DNA of 64,000 bases, taken from the IMG/VR virus record IMGVR_UViG_3300023202_000249. One strand, written 5' to 3'. This document shows, piece by piece, positions 55,702-64,000 of this stretch. Each line of letters opens with the position of its first letter. Within the stretch, counting starts at the first letter, position 1. The DNA is from an uncultured virus (IMG/VR IMGVR_UViG_3300023202_000249). Its lineage: Duplodnaviria > Heunggongvirae > Uroviricota > Caudoviricetes. The position numbers and the translations under genes are program-made. The notes beneath the pieces were generated by a model, which ran no database searches, had not been told where the DNA came from, and was given only the letters and a program-made list of their open reading frames with translations.

Positions 55702-56102
55702 TGTACTACGGACTGATGGAGACCTCGCTTCCCGGCGCCAACAGCGCGCAGCGTCGCATCGACAATATCGTCCTGCGACTAGAGAAGCTCAAAGACAACG
55801 GGGCGATGTCCCGGTTCCCGAACCGGATGCGGTCGATCGAGGCTAATCTCAATCGGGCGCAGGTACTCATGATGGAGGGCGAGAACGACGCCGCCAACTC
55901 GCAAATTGATAATTGGGTTGTTGACTTGGTCGCGGACCTGGAAACGAAGATGCTCGGCGCCGACCAGGCGGTAACACCCTCTGGTGACGTTCGCGACGCA
56001 TCGGACGGTAAGCCGATTCCCGCGAAGACCGACTGGCTGCCTTTCGCCGTAGCCGGTGTTCTCGGAACAGCACTCGTACTCGGTCTAAGAAGGAGGCTCT
56101 AA
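55701..56102 (+). CDS. C-anchored membrane protein, distant paralog of the previous gene
   Basis: WLPFAVAGVLGTALVLGLRRR. Confidence 0.8.
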   Translation: MYYGLMETSLPGANSAQRRIDNIVLRLEKLKDNGAMSRFPNRMRSIEANLNRAQVLMMEGENDAANSQIDNWVVDLVADLETKMLGADQAVTPSGDVRDASDGKPIPAKTDWLPFAVAGVLGTALVLGLRRRL

Positions 56103-56254
56103 TGGACGCGGTTACCAAGGAAGATTGGAAGCAAGCCCAAAAGGATGTCGTTTGGACCTTCGGCATCCTTGGTACCATCGGCTTAACGGCGCTGGTGTTC
56201 GTAAACGGCATGAAAGCCATCGATAAGGCGCTCTTCTCAAGAAGGAGGCGTTAA
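56102..56254 (+). CDS. small membrane protein (50 aa)
   Basis: Manual translation MDAVTKEDW...FGILGTIGLTALVFV...SRRRR; AGGAGG RBS. Confidence 0.7.
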   Translation: MDAVTKEDWKQAQKDVVWTFGILGTIGLTALVFVNGMKAIDKALFSRRRR

Positions 56255-56782
56255 ATGCCCATTATCGACACGCGTAACTTTGGCGATCAGCTTGTCAATG
56301 CGGTCAGCAAGTTTTCCGACAATCTGCTTACGCTGCAAAAGCAACAGCATGGGCAAGTCGCATCCGCGATGCGAACGCAGGACATCAAGCGCCTTGTCGC
56401 CCAATGCCCGTATGCCGCGGATCTCGCGCGTCGCGCGTTGTCGTTGGAGACGCAGGGTCGGCAGCTGATCGCTAAGTCACGCTTGCCCAGTAGCGCGGCC
56501 ACCGAAATTCAGAACGGCGCGCCGGCCGTGATCGCCACGCAGCGCGCCGAACTCGAGAACCAAGGCAACGCGCAGATCGTGGCGGCCAAGGCGATCATGC
56601 GTGAAGTCGAGCAGCTCGCGCAGTGGCCCATCAGCGTGTGCCTACAGAAGGATTCAAGTCTGCCTGGCAATACCGCACAACCGGTCATGGTCGAAGAGTC
56701 ATTTTTCGAAAGGTACCAATGGCCGATTGTGTTTGGCCTTGGAGCGATTGGACTCGGCGCGGTCATGTACCTGCGCAGATAG
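56255..56782 (+). CDS. C-anchored membrane protein
   Basis: AGGAGG RBS; C-terminal TM plus RR. Confidence 0.8.
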   Translation: MPIIDTRNFGDQLVNAVSKFSDNLLTLQKQQHGQVASAMRTQDIKRLVAQCPYAADLARRALSLETQGRQLIAKSRLPSSAATEIQNGAPAVIATQRAELENQGNAQIVAAKAIMREVEQLAQWPISVCLQKDSSLPGNTAQPVMVEESFFERYQWPIVFGLGAIGLGAVMYLRR

Positions 56783-56790
56783 GAGCTACG

Positions 56791-57597
56791 ATGTTCGGCA
56801 CTCTTAATGTATCAATGGCATCCTCGACCGCCTTGGGCGCGCCCTGGAGCGCGCTTAAGGCAAAGATTGACGCCTTCATGCAGTTCAACAAGGCCAGTGA
56901 GGTCATTGTTCGTTTTGCCAATGGCGATATACAAAAGATCGAGCGTCGTGGCCCAGGGAACCGCGTCGAAATCTTCGTCAACTCCGCGGGCATTATCGAG
57001 AGCATCGCTCGCGACCAGCGCGTGGACTCCGAAGGACGTCCCTTGAACGTTCCGGACTTCAGAGATAATAATACGATCTCGCTTGGACCCGCACCCGATG
57101 ATGACTCCGGGCCACTGATTTCGGTCCAGCCGTCAGGTCCTTCAAGGCAGTTGCCGAAAGCCGAGATCGTTACACTTCCTCAGATCATGTCATCGACTGG
57201 TGACCGGCCATTCATGGTCACCCAAGAAGAGTTTTCTCCAGTCAAAGAGCAGGCCAGGGCCGATATCGTTCAGATCAGCCAGGCGCCGAACGCCAAGCAG
57301 GCGGCCGATATCCTGACCGCGCCGCGGCCGGCGACTGAGCCAAAGCCTTGGATGACGCTTGATCAGCTGTCACAAATCGCCTTCACCGTTTATAGGCATT
57401 GGAGCGACAACGAAAAGCGAGAACTCATCAAGGAATTGCAACAGAAGCAGGCGATGGGGCAGCGTATTCGTTTTCCGCGGAACGTACAAATCACGCAGCC
57501 CTCAAGGCTCAATCCGTGGCTCATCGCAGGCGCGGGACTCGCGGTACTCGCGCTGGCGGGGACCGCCATAGCGGTTACGAAAAGGGGGAAAGCATGA
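56791..57597 (+). CDS. C-anchored membrane protein
   Basis: AGGAG RBS; MFGTL start; PWMTLDQ domain shared with the next gene. Confidence 0.8.
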   Translation: MFGTLNVSMASSTALGAPWSALKAKIDAFMQFNKASEVIVRFANGDIQKIERRGPGNRVEIFVNSAGIIESIARDQRVDSEGRPLNVPDFRDNNTISLGPAPDDDSGPLISVQPSGPSRQLPKAEIVTLPQIMSSTGDRPFMVTQEEFSPVKEQARADIVQISQAPNAKQAADILTAPRPATEPKPWMTLDQLSQIAFTVYRHWSDNEKRELIKELQQKQAMGQRIRFPRNVQITQPSRLNPWLIAGAGLAVLALAGTAIAVTKRGKA

Positions 57598-58172
57598 TTA
57601 TTCGCCTAGGTGACTTTCGAGACCCGATCACCGGTGAAGTGCGCAGCGACAGCGAACTGGAATCGATGGTTCGCGAAGCCATCAACCGCGAATACCAGTT
57701 GCAGCCCGTTGGGTCGGATACGCAGCAGGAACTTGAGGATCGCATCGTCGAGGTATTCAGCGAGCGATATGCTTGGAATTGGAACAAGAATACGCAGCCC
57801 GATGAGATTATTGGCGACGTGAACTTCCATCGCGTGGTATCCGAGATCTCGCCGCTCAGTCGCCGCAAGGTCTCTTTCCAGGACGTCACCGGCAAGACCG
57901 GCACGGACGAAAACCAGCCGCCAAAACCCGGCTACGTGAAAGCGCCGTGGATGACCGCCGATCAAATGATGCAATTGGTCGATAAAGTGCTCCCCTTCTT
58001 TAAAGAGGAGCAGCGTCAGGCCATGTCGCAGGAACTGCTTAAGCGCCAGCAGCAGAATAAACCCATTTGGGTTCCGGTGTCGGAGACGCAGGGACTTGCC
58101 AATGTCGGCGTTGGGTTCGGCGTGGGTGCGCTTTTGGTGGGCGGTATCGTTTGGTTCATGAGGAACAAGTAA
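57594..58172 (+). CDS. C-anchored membrane protein
   Basis: MIIRLGDF start; PWMTADQ domain; C-terminal TM. Confidence 0.8.
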   Translation: MIIRLGDFRDPITGEVRSDSELESMVREAINREYQLQPVGSDTQQELEDRIVEVFSERYAWNWNKNTQPDEIIGDVNFHRVVSEISPLSRRKVSFQDVTGKTGTDENQPPKPGYVKAPWMTADQMMQLVDKVLPFFKEEQRQAMSQELLKRQQQNKPIWVPVSETQGLANVGVGFGVGALLVGGIVWFMRNK

Positions 58173-58174
58173 CA

Positions 58175-58357
58175 ATGGCTTTTTCAGCATTGGAAGGAAG
58201 TCCGGTGCAGATCGCGGAAAATCCGGAGCCCACGCGGAAGGTACCTCAACAGCCGTCGCAGCAGGTCGCCGCTCAAAGCACGGATGTTCGTCTTGCGCTG
58301 TTTTTGGGAATTGGGCTGATCGCGCTATCGGTGATCGTCTACAAAAAGGTAAAGTGA
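58175..58357 (+). CDS. small C-anchored membrane protein
   Basis: MAFSALEG...LALFLGIGLIALSVIVYKKVK. Confidence 0.75.
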   Translation: MAFSALEGSPVQIAENPEPTRKVPQQPSQQVAAQSTDVRLALFLGIGLIALSVIVYKKVK

Positions 58358-58365
58358 GGTCTACC

Positions 58366-59778
58366 ATGTTTGGTTCGCTTGAAAATCTAGGAAAACTGTC
58401 TCCCGCGGCGGAGCGGAAACTGAAGGCCGCCTGCGAGCGCGTGGGCGGAAAGCTTCAAGTCGCCAGCTCCCCGCAAGGCGATGTGTACTCGTGCCTATAC
58501 AACGGGAAGAAGCTACTCAATCATATTCAAGTCACCGACGAATGGCGTAAATGGAAGCAGGAGCAGGCGCAAGCGCAACGGCAGGATCGCGTTGACGCGC
58601 GCCAGGATGCGCGCGCCGAAGCCCAGCAACAAGCCTTGAATCGCCAGATCGATCGTGGTTGCCGTGAAGGCGAGGTCGTCATTGTTGGTCAGACTCCCGG
58701 CGGCACACCGATCAAGGCATGCCGTTTCAAGGGCGTAGATCACTTGACCATGCGTGATGCCAACATCGCATGGCGTAAATGGAAGCAGGAGCAGGCGCAA
58801 GCGCAACGGCAGGATCGCGTTGACGCGCGCCAGGATGCGCGCGCCGAAGCCCAGCAACAAGCCTTGAATCGCCAGATCGATCGTGGTTGCCGTGAAGGCG
58901 AGGTCGTCATTGTTGGTCAGACTCCCGGCGGCACACCGATCAAGGCATGCCGTTTCAAGGGCGTAGATCACTTGACCATGCGTGATGCCAACATCGCATG
59001 GCGTAAATGGAAGCAGGAGCAGGCGCAAGCGCAACGGCAGGATCGCGTTGACGCGCGCCAGGATGCGCGCATGATCCAGGCACAGCGCCGTAAAAACACC
59101 GTAATTCGACGTCGATGCCGCGAAGGAACTGTAGTCGAGGTTGGGCAAACTGACGAAGGCGAGCCGATCCTTGCCTGTGAATTCCAAGGCGTCAAATACA
59201 CCGACATGCGTGAGGCTATGCTGGCATGGCGCGAATGGAAGAAGCAGCAAAACCTTGTTGATGTCGGCGAAAATATGTTTCCGGGTCTGGATTTAGATTC
59301 GGTTTTTTTTGATGAAAATAAACACACGCTTCCTGGAGATGCGACCGAGACGCCCGATGATATCATCGACACGATAATCCCGAATGGCGACGGCGCCGAC
59401 GGCCAAGACACTGCAGACACCTTCGCTCCACCCACGATCGATGACGGCGGCGGCTTACCATGGCCCCAAGGGATAGTAGTGTTCCCCAGTGGCGGGGACG
59501 GAGGCTTCCAGCCTCCGGTATTTGGCGGTGGACAACCTCCAGTAACGCCGTTGATGCCCGATGGCGGCGGTGCGCAAGGCGGCGCGCCGACCGGCCCCGT
59601 GGATGAATGTATCTATCCGTTCGATGGCCATCCTGTCATCTATAATGACGGCTATGGCGAGATGTCGGTACTCCGGGTTGTCTGTGGCCCAAACCACCTG
59701 AATCCGCAGGGCAGCACGAAAACGATTGGAGACGACTTTTTCACATCACAGGGGTCAAGCCCCTTTGGAGGGATTTAA
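58366..59778 (+). CDS. Repeat-containing protein (228-bp perfect tandem repeats at 58542-59070)
   Basis: MFGSLENLG start; 76-aa Cys-containing unit, with diverged flanking copies. Confidence 0.85.
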   Translation: MFGSLENLGKLSPAAERKLKAACERVGGKLQVASSPQGDVYSCLYNGKKLLNHIQVTDEWRKWKQEQAQAQRQDRVDARQDARAEAQQQALNRQIDRGCREGEVVIVGQTPGGTPIKACRFKGVDHLTMRDANIAWRKWKQEQAQAQRQDRVDARQDARAEAQQQALNRQIDRGCREGEVVIVGQTPGGTPIKACRFKGVDHLTMRDANIAWRKWKQEQAQAQRQDRVDARQDARMIQAQRRKNTVIRRRCREGTVVEVGQTDEGEPILACEFQGVKYTDMREAMLAWREWKKQQNLVDVGENMFPGLDLDSVFFDENKHTLPGDATETPDDIIDTIIPNGDGADGQDTADTFAPPTIDDGGGLPWPQGIVVFPSGGDGGFQPPVFGGGQPPVTPLMPDGGGAQGGAPTGPVDECIYPFDGHPVIYNDGYGEMSVLRVVCGPNHLNPQGSTKTIGDDFFTSQGSSPFGGI

Positions 59779-59779
59779 C

Positions 59780-60262
59780 ATGAAGGTCAAAAGCGTAGTC
59801 TTTCTCGGAGCCACCGCTGGCGCATTATACCTGATCTATCGGCAGTTCTTCGCCGAGGATCAAGTGTCAAGGGTTGCCTCGACGGCGCCGGCACGGGATG
59901 TGTCTCTACCGGCAGATCAAGCACTGCCCACGTCGCTCCAGCCCGGAGGCGAATCGCCATTCGTCCAGTCCGCGGGGCCGCTTCAGCAGGCCGAAGACGT
60001 CAATCAGGCGATCGAACTCAATGCCATCGTGCCCGAAGTCGAAGCGCAGACGCCCAAGCTTCCCAAGCTGGTCAGCACGGGGCTGAAGGTCCAGACCAAT
60101 GAGGGTACCAAGACCATAAAATGGGATTGCCCGAAAATCAACCAGATGAAGCGCACCTATCATCGGTTGTCGAAGAAGGACAAGAAGCCGGAGACGATTC
60201 AGCGCGCTCGCTTGGCGGCGCAATTCCTGCATAAGGTAGAAGAGGTGAAGTGCAATGCCTAA
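59780..60262 (+). CDS. N-anchored membrane protein
   Basis: GGAGG RBS; N-terminal TM. Confidence 0.75.
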   Translation: MKVKSVVFLGATAGALYLIYRQFFAEDQVSRVASTAPARDVSLPADQALPTSLQPGGESPFVQSAGPLQQAEDVNQAIELNAIVPEVEAQTPKLPKLVSTGLKVQTNEGTKTIKWDCPKINQMKRTYHRLSKKDKKPETIQRARLAAQFLHKVEEVKCNA

Positions 60263-60704
60263 TGGCCGTGAGTCCAGTCACAAGAATAGCAGCATCTCAA
60301 AGTGGGCGAGAGAAAATCCGCCGCTGTTTCACGGCGTAGTACTGGTCCTTCTCAGCGGCATCTTCACCGGTGTCATCGTAATCCTTCACGACGACATCAA
60401 GAGCGATATCGCCATCGAAAAGGCCGAGCGCAAGGAACAGGTGAATAAACTGCAAAAGAGCCTCGCCCTCCGGACCAGCGCCATTCGCGAGGACATGGCC
60501 AAGGAGATCGGCAAGCTACAAAAGTCGTATGAGATGCACCGCATCGACATGCGCGACATGAGTGAGCAGTTGACTAAGATGCAGACAGTCACCAATCTCT
60601 ACGTGATTCCAACGCTCAATGAGATCAAGTCCGAAGTCAAAAGACTGCGGGCAGATAAGCTTGGGCAACTCGAAAACGGAAGGAACGACCATGGCGACGG
60701 CTAA
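60255..60704 (+). CDS. Single-TM coiled-coil protein, possibly lysis-related
   Basis: TM segment followed by heptad repeats. Confidence 0.7.
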   Translation: MPNGRESSHKNSSISKWARENPPLFHGVVLVLLSGIFTGVIVILHDDIKSDIAIEKAERKEQVNKLQKSLALRTSAIREDMAKEIGKLQKSYEMHRIDMRDMSEQLTKMQTVTNLYVIPTLNEIKSEVKRLRADKLGQLENGRNDHGDG

Positions 60705-61035
60705 GACCAAACTTAAAAAGGCATTGGGCAATAAGAAGGTTCTCGCGGTCGGCGCCGCCGGGATCGCCGCGTACTTCCTGCTACGCAAGCCATCCAGTGG
60801 AAATCCGGACATCACGCTCAGCGACGCGCTCAAGCCCGTCAAAGTCGGCGACGCCGAGCGTGTGCGTACACACTTCTACCGGCAGCTCTCGATGCGTCGC
60901 CCAAACATGCGCTACACCTCCGTGGCCGCCGGTACTTTGGGGAATGAATTGACGCTGGTCGGGCCGGAAGGCGGAGGCACCTTTACGCGCAACGTCGTCC
61001 AGGCAGACCAAGGTCTCGAGGCCGAATTTGCGTAA
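60691..61035 (+). CDS. N-anchored membrane protein
   Basis: KKVLAVGAAGIAAYFLLRK. Confidence 0.75.
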   Translation: MATAKTKLKKALGNKKVLAVGAAGIAAYFLLRKPSSGNPDITLSDALKPVKVGDAERVRTHFYRQLSMRRPNMRYTSVAAGTLGNELTLVGPEGGGTFTRNVVQADQGLEAEFA

Positions 61036-61044
61036 GGGATTAAC

Positions 61045-61452
61045 ATGGCGCGTGGCAAGACAGGAACCGGTGGAACCGGGACGTCGGAAATTCTCAAACG
61101 ACTTGGCGAGGTTGTTGACCTTGGCGATGGTGATACGCCATATGCACTCAGCGATGATGATCGCTTCAAGACGCTCACCAACAAAGACGGTACCGGCGAT
61201 ATTGATGTTACGCTGCCTGCGTCCGGCATAACGCCCGCGGAATTCACCTTCATCGTGGAGGCCACGCAGGACTTTAACCTCAAACCTGATAACGGCGCGA
61301 TTATCTACGGAGGTGAGACTGAAGTTGTAGATGGCGCGTCAAGCGAGTTCTACCAGGCATCCGCGCAGAAAGCTTTGATTAAGATCAGACTCACGAGAGA
61401 CGGCGTGTATGTCGTCTCTTCCGTTCTCGGCACATGGACCAAGACTTACTAA
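61045..61452 (+). CDS. Small beta-rich spike-associated protein
   Basis: MARGKTG start shared with 49748; VTLPA motif. Confidence 0.7.
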   Translation: MARGKTGTGGTGTSEILKRLGEVVDLGDGDTPYALSDDDRFKTLTNKDGTGDIDVTLPASGITPAEFTFIVEATQDFNLKPDNGAIIYGGETEVVDGASSEFYQASAQKALIKIRLTRDGVYVVSSVLGTWTKTY

Positions 61453-61462
61453 GGAGCACAAG

Positions 61463-63463
61463 ATGCGAGCAATACTACCTTTGATTGTACTGTCTTTATT
61501 TGGTGCGGCGCCAGCCTTCGCCCTTACCGGCGGTGGCTCCAAAAGCGTCGATCTCGACGAGCAATCCAGCGTTCCCGGAGGATCGCCAGCCTCCGGGAAT
61601 GGTAAGATATGGGTACGAGACGATGCTCCAAATGTTTTGGTTTACACTGATGACGGAGGCACCGACACGGTATTGGGGCAAGGCACAGTGTCGGGTAGCG
61701 GAAGTACCAACAAAATTCCTAAGTTTACTGGTGCATCGACCATAGGAGATTCCACGTTCCAAGATGACGGAACAAACCTAACAAGCAGCACCTCTACCCC
61801 CGCTACGCGTACTTTTAGATTCGCGAACACCAATAGCGGAGGCACGGCATCCACTGAGATGCAACTTGAGGTACAGGCAGGCGCAGGCGATCCGTTCTTG
61901 TCTTGGGATGTGTCAGGGACACAGCAGTTTGCAATGGGGGTTGATAACGATGATTCAGACGTCTGGAAGTTTTCTAAGGCCGCAAATCTAGGCTCGGACA
62001 TTCGGATGACGTTCGATGCCTCTTCTGATGAATTCTCATTCTTTGAGAGTGATGTGCTTGTAGGCGGGAATAAGCTAAATGGATTCGGTTCGCGAACGCT
62101 ACTGGTCTCCCAGAGCGATGATGAAGGAGATAGGGCGACTGTATTAGAGATTCAGACAAATGGCTCTTCCAATATATTATTCACGTCTCAAGACTCTACG
62201 GAAAACAACGGAAGACTAGCGCAGATTTCAAGCGTTCAAGACACGGTTGATGTTGATGCTGGACGATTGCAATTTTACACCACAGATGCTGATGCATCGT
62301 CCACCGAGCGCATGAGAATAGATAGCGCTGGCCATGTAGGAATAGGCCGCACGCCCGACTCATGGGGAAGCTCGTGGAGCTCAGTTAGTCTGGGCGGCAA
62401 TGGCGGTTTTATGAGCAACACAACGCCAGGCGCGAGCAACGGATTATTCTCGTTGCAGAATGCGTATTTTGATGGAACAAACTATAAATATATTTCGACC
62501 GACGAAGCCGGTCGAGTGGCAATGAGCGATGGGAACTTTGCTTTTGCAAATGCCTCCAGCGGAACAGCGGGAAATAATATAACATTTACTGAGCGATTCA
62601 AAATCGATAGCAATGGAGTGGTGCGAGTAGGCGCTGGCGGATTTACAGACACAATAGGCAAAGCCGGCATCAAACTAGATAATGGAACGTCGAATACGCC
62701 GGGCATACATTTTTATGACGGAAACGACACTAATTTTGGAATTGATGTGTCTGGAGCGGATCTTCGATTCGTTGATAATCTTAACGAGGCCGGAGGCACC
62801 GTAGTTGCGAGAATAGATAGAAATGGATTGGTGGAAGTAGGTGGTGGCGGATTTACAGACACAATACCCGGTACCGGAATCAAACTAGATAATGGAACGT
62901 CGAATACGCCAAAACTTTTTTTCTATGACGGAAACAACACTAATTTCGCAATTGATGTGCAGGGCTCGGATTTGCGATTCACTCAGAATAACGACGAGGT
63001 CGGAGGCACCGTAGTTGCTAAGATCGAACGTAGTACAGAGGATTTCTTTACCAATGATGGAACCGTATCGAGTCTGTCCGATAGGAGACTGAAGCAGAAG
63101 GTAGAAGAATTGAACGCCGATATACTAGGTAAAGTGATGCGCCTGCGGCCGAAAAAATTCGAATATAAACGTAGGCCGGGGGACCAGAGGGTTGGGTTTA
63201 TCGCGCAGGATGTGGAACAAGTGTTCCCGGATCTGGTGCACGAAACAAATCATAAAGGCGGAAAGTACAAAGCGATCAAACACGCTTGGGGGCCGATTCT
63301 AATCAAGGCCATTCAGCTACAGCAGACCCGAATCGAGGCCCTCGAAAACCAACAAGCCGGCATCGGCACCGGCGAGGTTATCGGCGGCGCGGTGCTGGCG
63401 GCGTTGGCACTGGGCGGTGCAGCAGAAGCACGTCGTCGAAAGCGCGAGAAAGTCTCTGCGTAG
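61463..63463 (+). CDS. Fibre/spike protein with a peptidase S74 (intramolecular chaperone) domain, signal peptide and C-terminal TM
   Basis: AAGGAG RBS; ERMRIDSAGHVGIG repeats; SDRRLK, GFIAQDVEQVFPDLV, LIKAIQ; 210-bp internal duplication at about 62606-63025. Confidence 0.9.
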   Translation: MRAILPLIVLSLFGAAPAFALTGGGSKSVDLDEQSSVPGGSPASGNGKIWVRDDAPNVLVYTDDGGTDTVLGQGTVSGSGSTNKIPKFTGASTIGDSTFQDDGTNLTSSTSTPATRTFRFANTNSGGTASTEMQLEVQAGAGDPFLSWDVSGTQQFAMGVDNDDSDVWKFSKAANLGSDIRMTFDASSDEFSFFESDVLVGGNKLNGFGSRTLLVSQSDDEGDRATVLEIQTNGSSNILFTSQDSTENNGRLAQISSVQDTVDVDAGRLQFYTTDADASSTERMRIDSAGHVGIGRTPDSWGSSWSSVSLGGNGGFMSNTTPGASNGLFSLQNAYFDGTNYKYISTDEAGRVAMSDGNFAFANASSGTAGNNITFTERFKIDSNGVVRVGAGGFTDTIGKAGIKLDNGTSNTPGIHFYDGNDTNFGIDVSGADLRFVDNLNEAGGTVVARIDRNGLVEVGGGGFTDTIPGTGIKLDNGTSNTPKLFFYDGNNTNFAIDVQGSDLRFTQNNDEVGGTVVAKIERSTEDFFTNDGTVSSLSDRRLKQKVEELNADILGKVMRLRPKKFEYKRRPGDQRVGFIAQDVEQVFPDLVHETNHKGGKYKAIKHAWGPILIKAIQLQQTRIEALENQQAGIGTGEVIGGAVLAALALGGAAEARRRKREKVSA

Positions 63464-63639
63464 GCGTCTATTCATCTTGGGCACCCGAATCAATCACGGC
63501 AACCGTTTGCCCGAAGGACAACGAACAAGCCAGCCCGAGGGCGACAAGCAAAAATCTTCTTCATGGATGATGTCCCCGGATTTGAGACTTCGTTATGTGT
63601 AACCGCAAATGAGACATGATGTAAATTCCATTTTTCTTA

Positions 63640-63668
63640 TTGACAAGGGTATCTTGCCTCCCTAAGGT
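63640..63668 (+). promoter_or_regulatory. sigma70-type promoter
   Basis: TTGACA-17 bp-TAAGGT. Confidence 0.55.
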
Positions 63669-63701
63669 GAATTCGCAGAAAAAGAATACTGGGAGCAGGG
63701 C

Positions 63702-63947
63702 ATGCCTCATAACGGCTACATAAGTGCGGTGCAGGCGCATTACCTAAGGCTTCAAAAGCGTCTTTGGTTGCTCGGACTGGATCAACTTGTCCGAGAGGCC
63801 GCGCAACTTACCGAGATGGGATTCAAGCGCGCTGCGCAGATCTGCCGTTGGGGCAACAGCCACTACTGGCGTGCTTACTTTGATGTAATGACCGACTTTC
63901 ATTCAAGGCATACGCAACCGACCATTGAGGAGGGTCGTCGATGGTAG
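63702..63947 (+). CDS. hypothetical protein
   Basis: Follows the promoter; GGGAG RBS. Confidence 0.6.
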   Translation: MPHNGYISAVQAHYLRLQKRLWLLGLDQLVREAAQLTEMGFKRAAQICRWGNSHYWRAYFDVMTDFHSRHTQPTIEEGRRW

Positions 63948-64000
63948 ACCCGATCAAAGGGCATCTGGTTCTGGCCAAGTATCGCGAGGATACCTCTTGG

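Overview
The window looks like most of the genome of a large dsDNA bacterial virus that is probably tailless and membrane-containing. I see no terminase, portal, HK97 capsid, tail tube or integrase, and no packaging ATPase within this window. Layout: (1) 1-11.8 kb is a leftward accessory operon (ankyrin proteins, a beta-clamp-like protein, a subtilase-like protein, many small ORFs) punctuated by several families of repeated hairpin/RBS elements. (2) 12.5-12.8 kb holds a tRNA-like structured RNA. (3) 13-21 kb carries small genes and DNA methyltransferases bounded by integron attC-like sites. (4) 22-26 kb encodes a DnaJ-domain protein, a RecT-like protein and a Cas4-like nuclease. (5) 26.2-27.4 kb is AT-rich non-coding DNA with a long bulged hairpin. 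(6) 27-32 kb has HNH and HTH genes, a patchwork of gene fragments and a stand-alone Cas7/RAMP-like gene with no CRISPR array. (7) 33-37 kb encodes an AAA helicase, a primase, an SF2 helicase and an initiator-like tRNA with an 8-nt anticodon loop. (8) 38-63.5 kb is a rightward virion operon: a transglutaminase-like protease, Arg-rich NP-motif proteins, one single and three tandem-duplicated jelly-roll-like proteins, about 15 membrane-anchored proteins sharing an LG motif, and an S74 fibre. The strongest candidate for a new system is the attC-like cassette array. Its cores are matched, its ORFs are all antisense to the sites, start and stop codons often lie inside the sites, and no integrase is in view. 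All family assignments are by-eye motif recognition; no searches were run.
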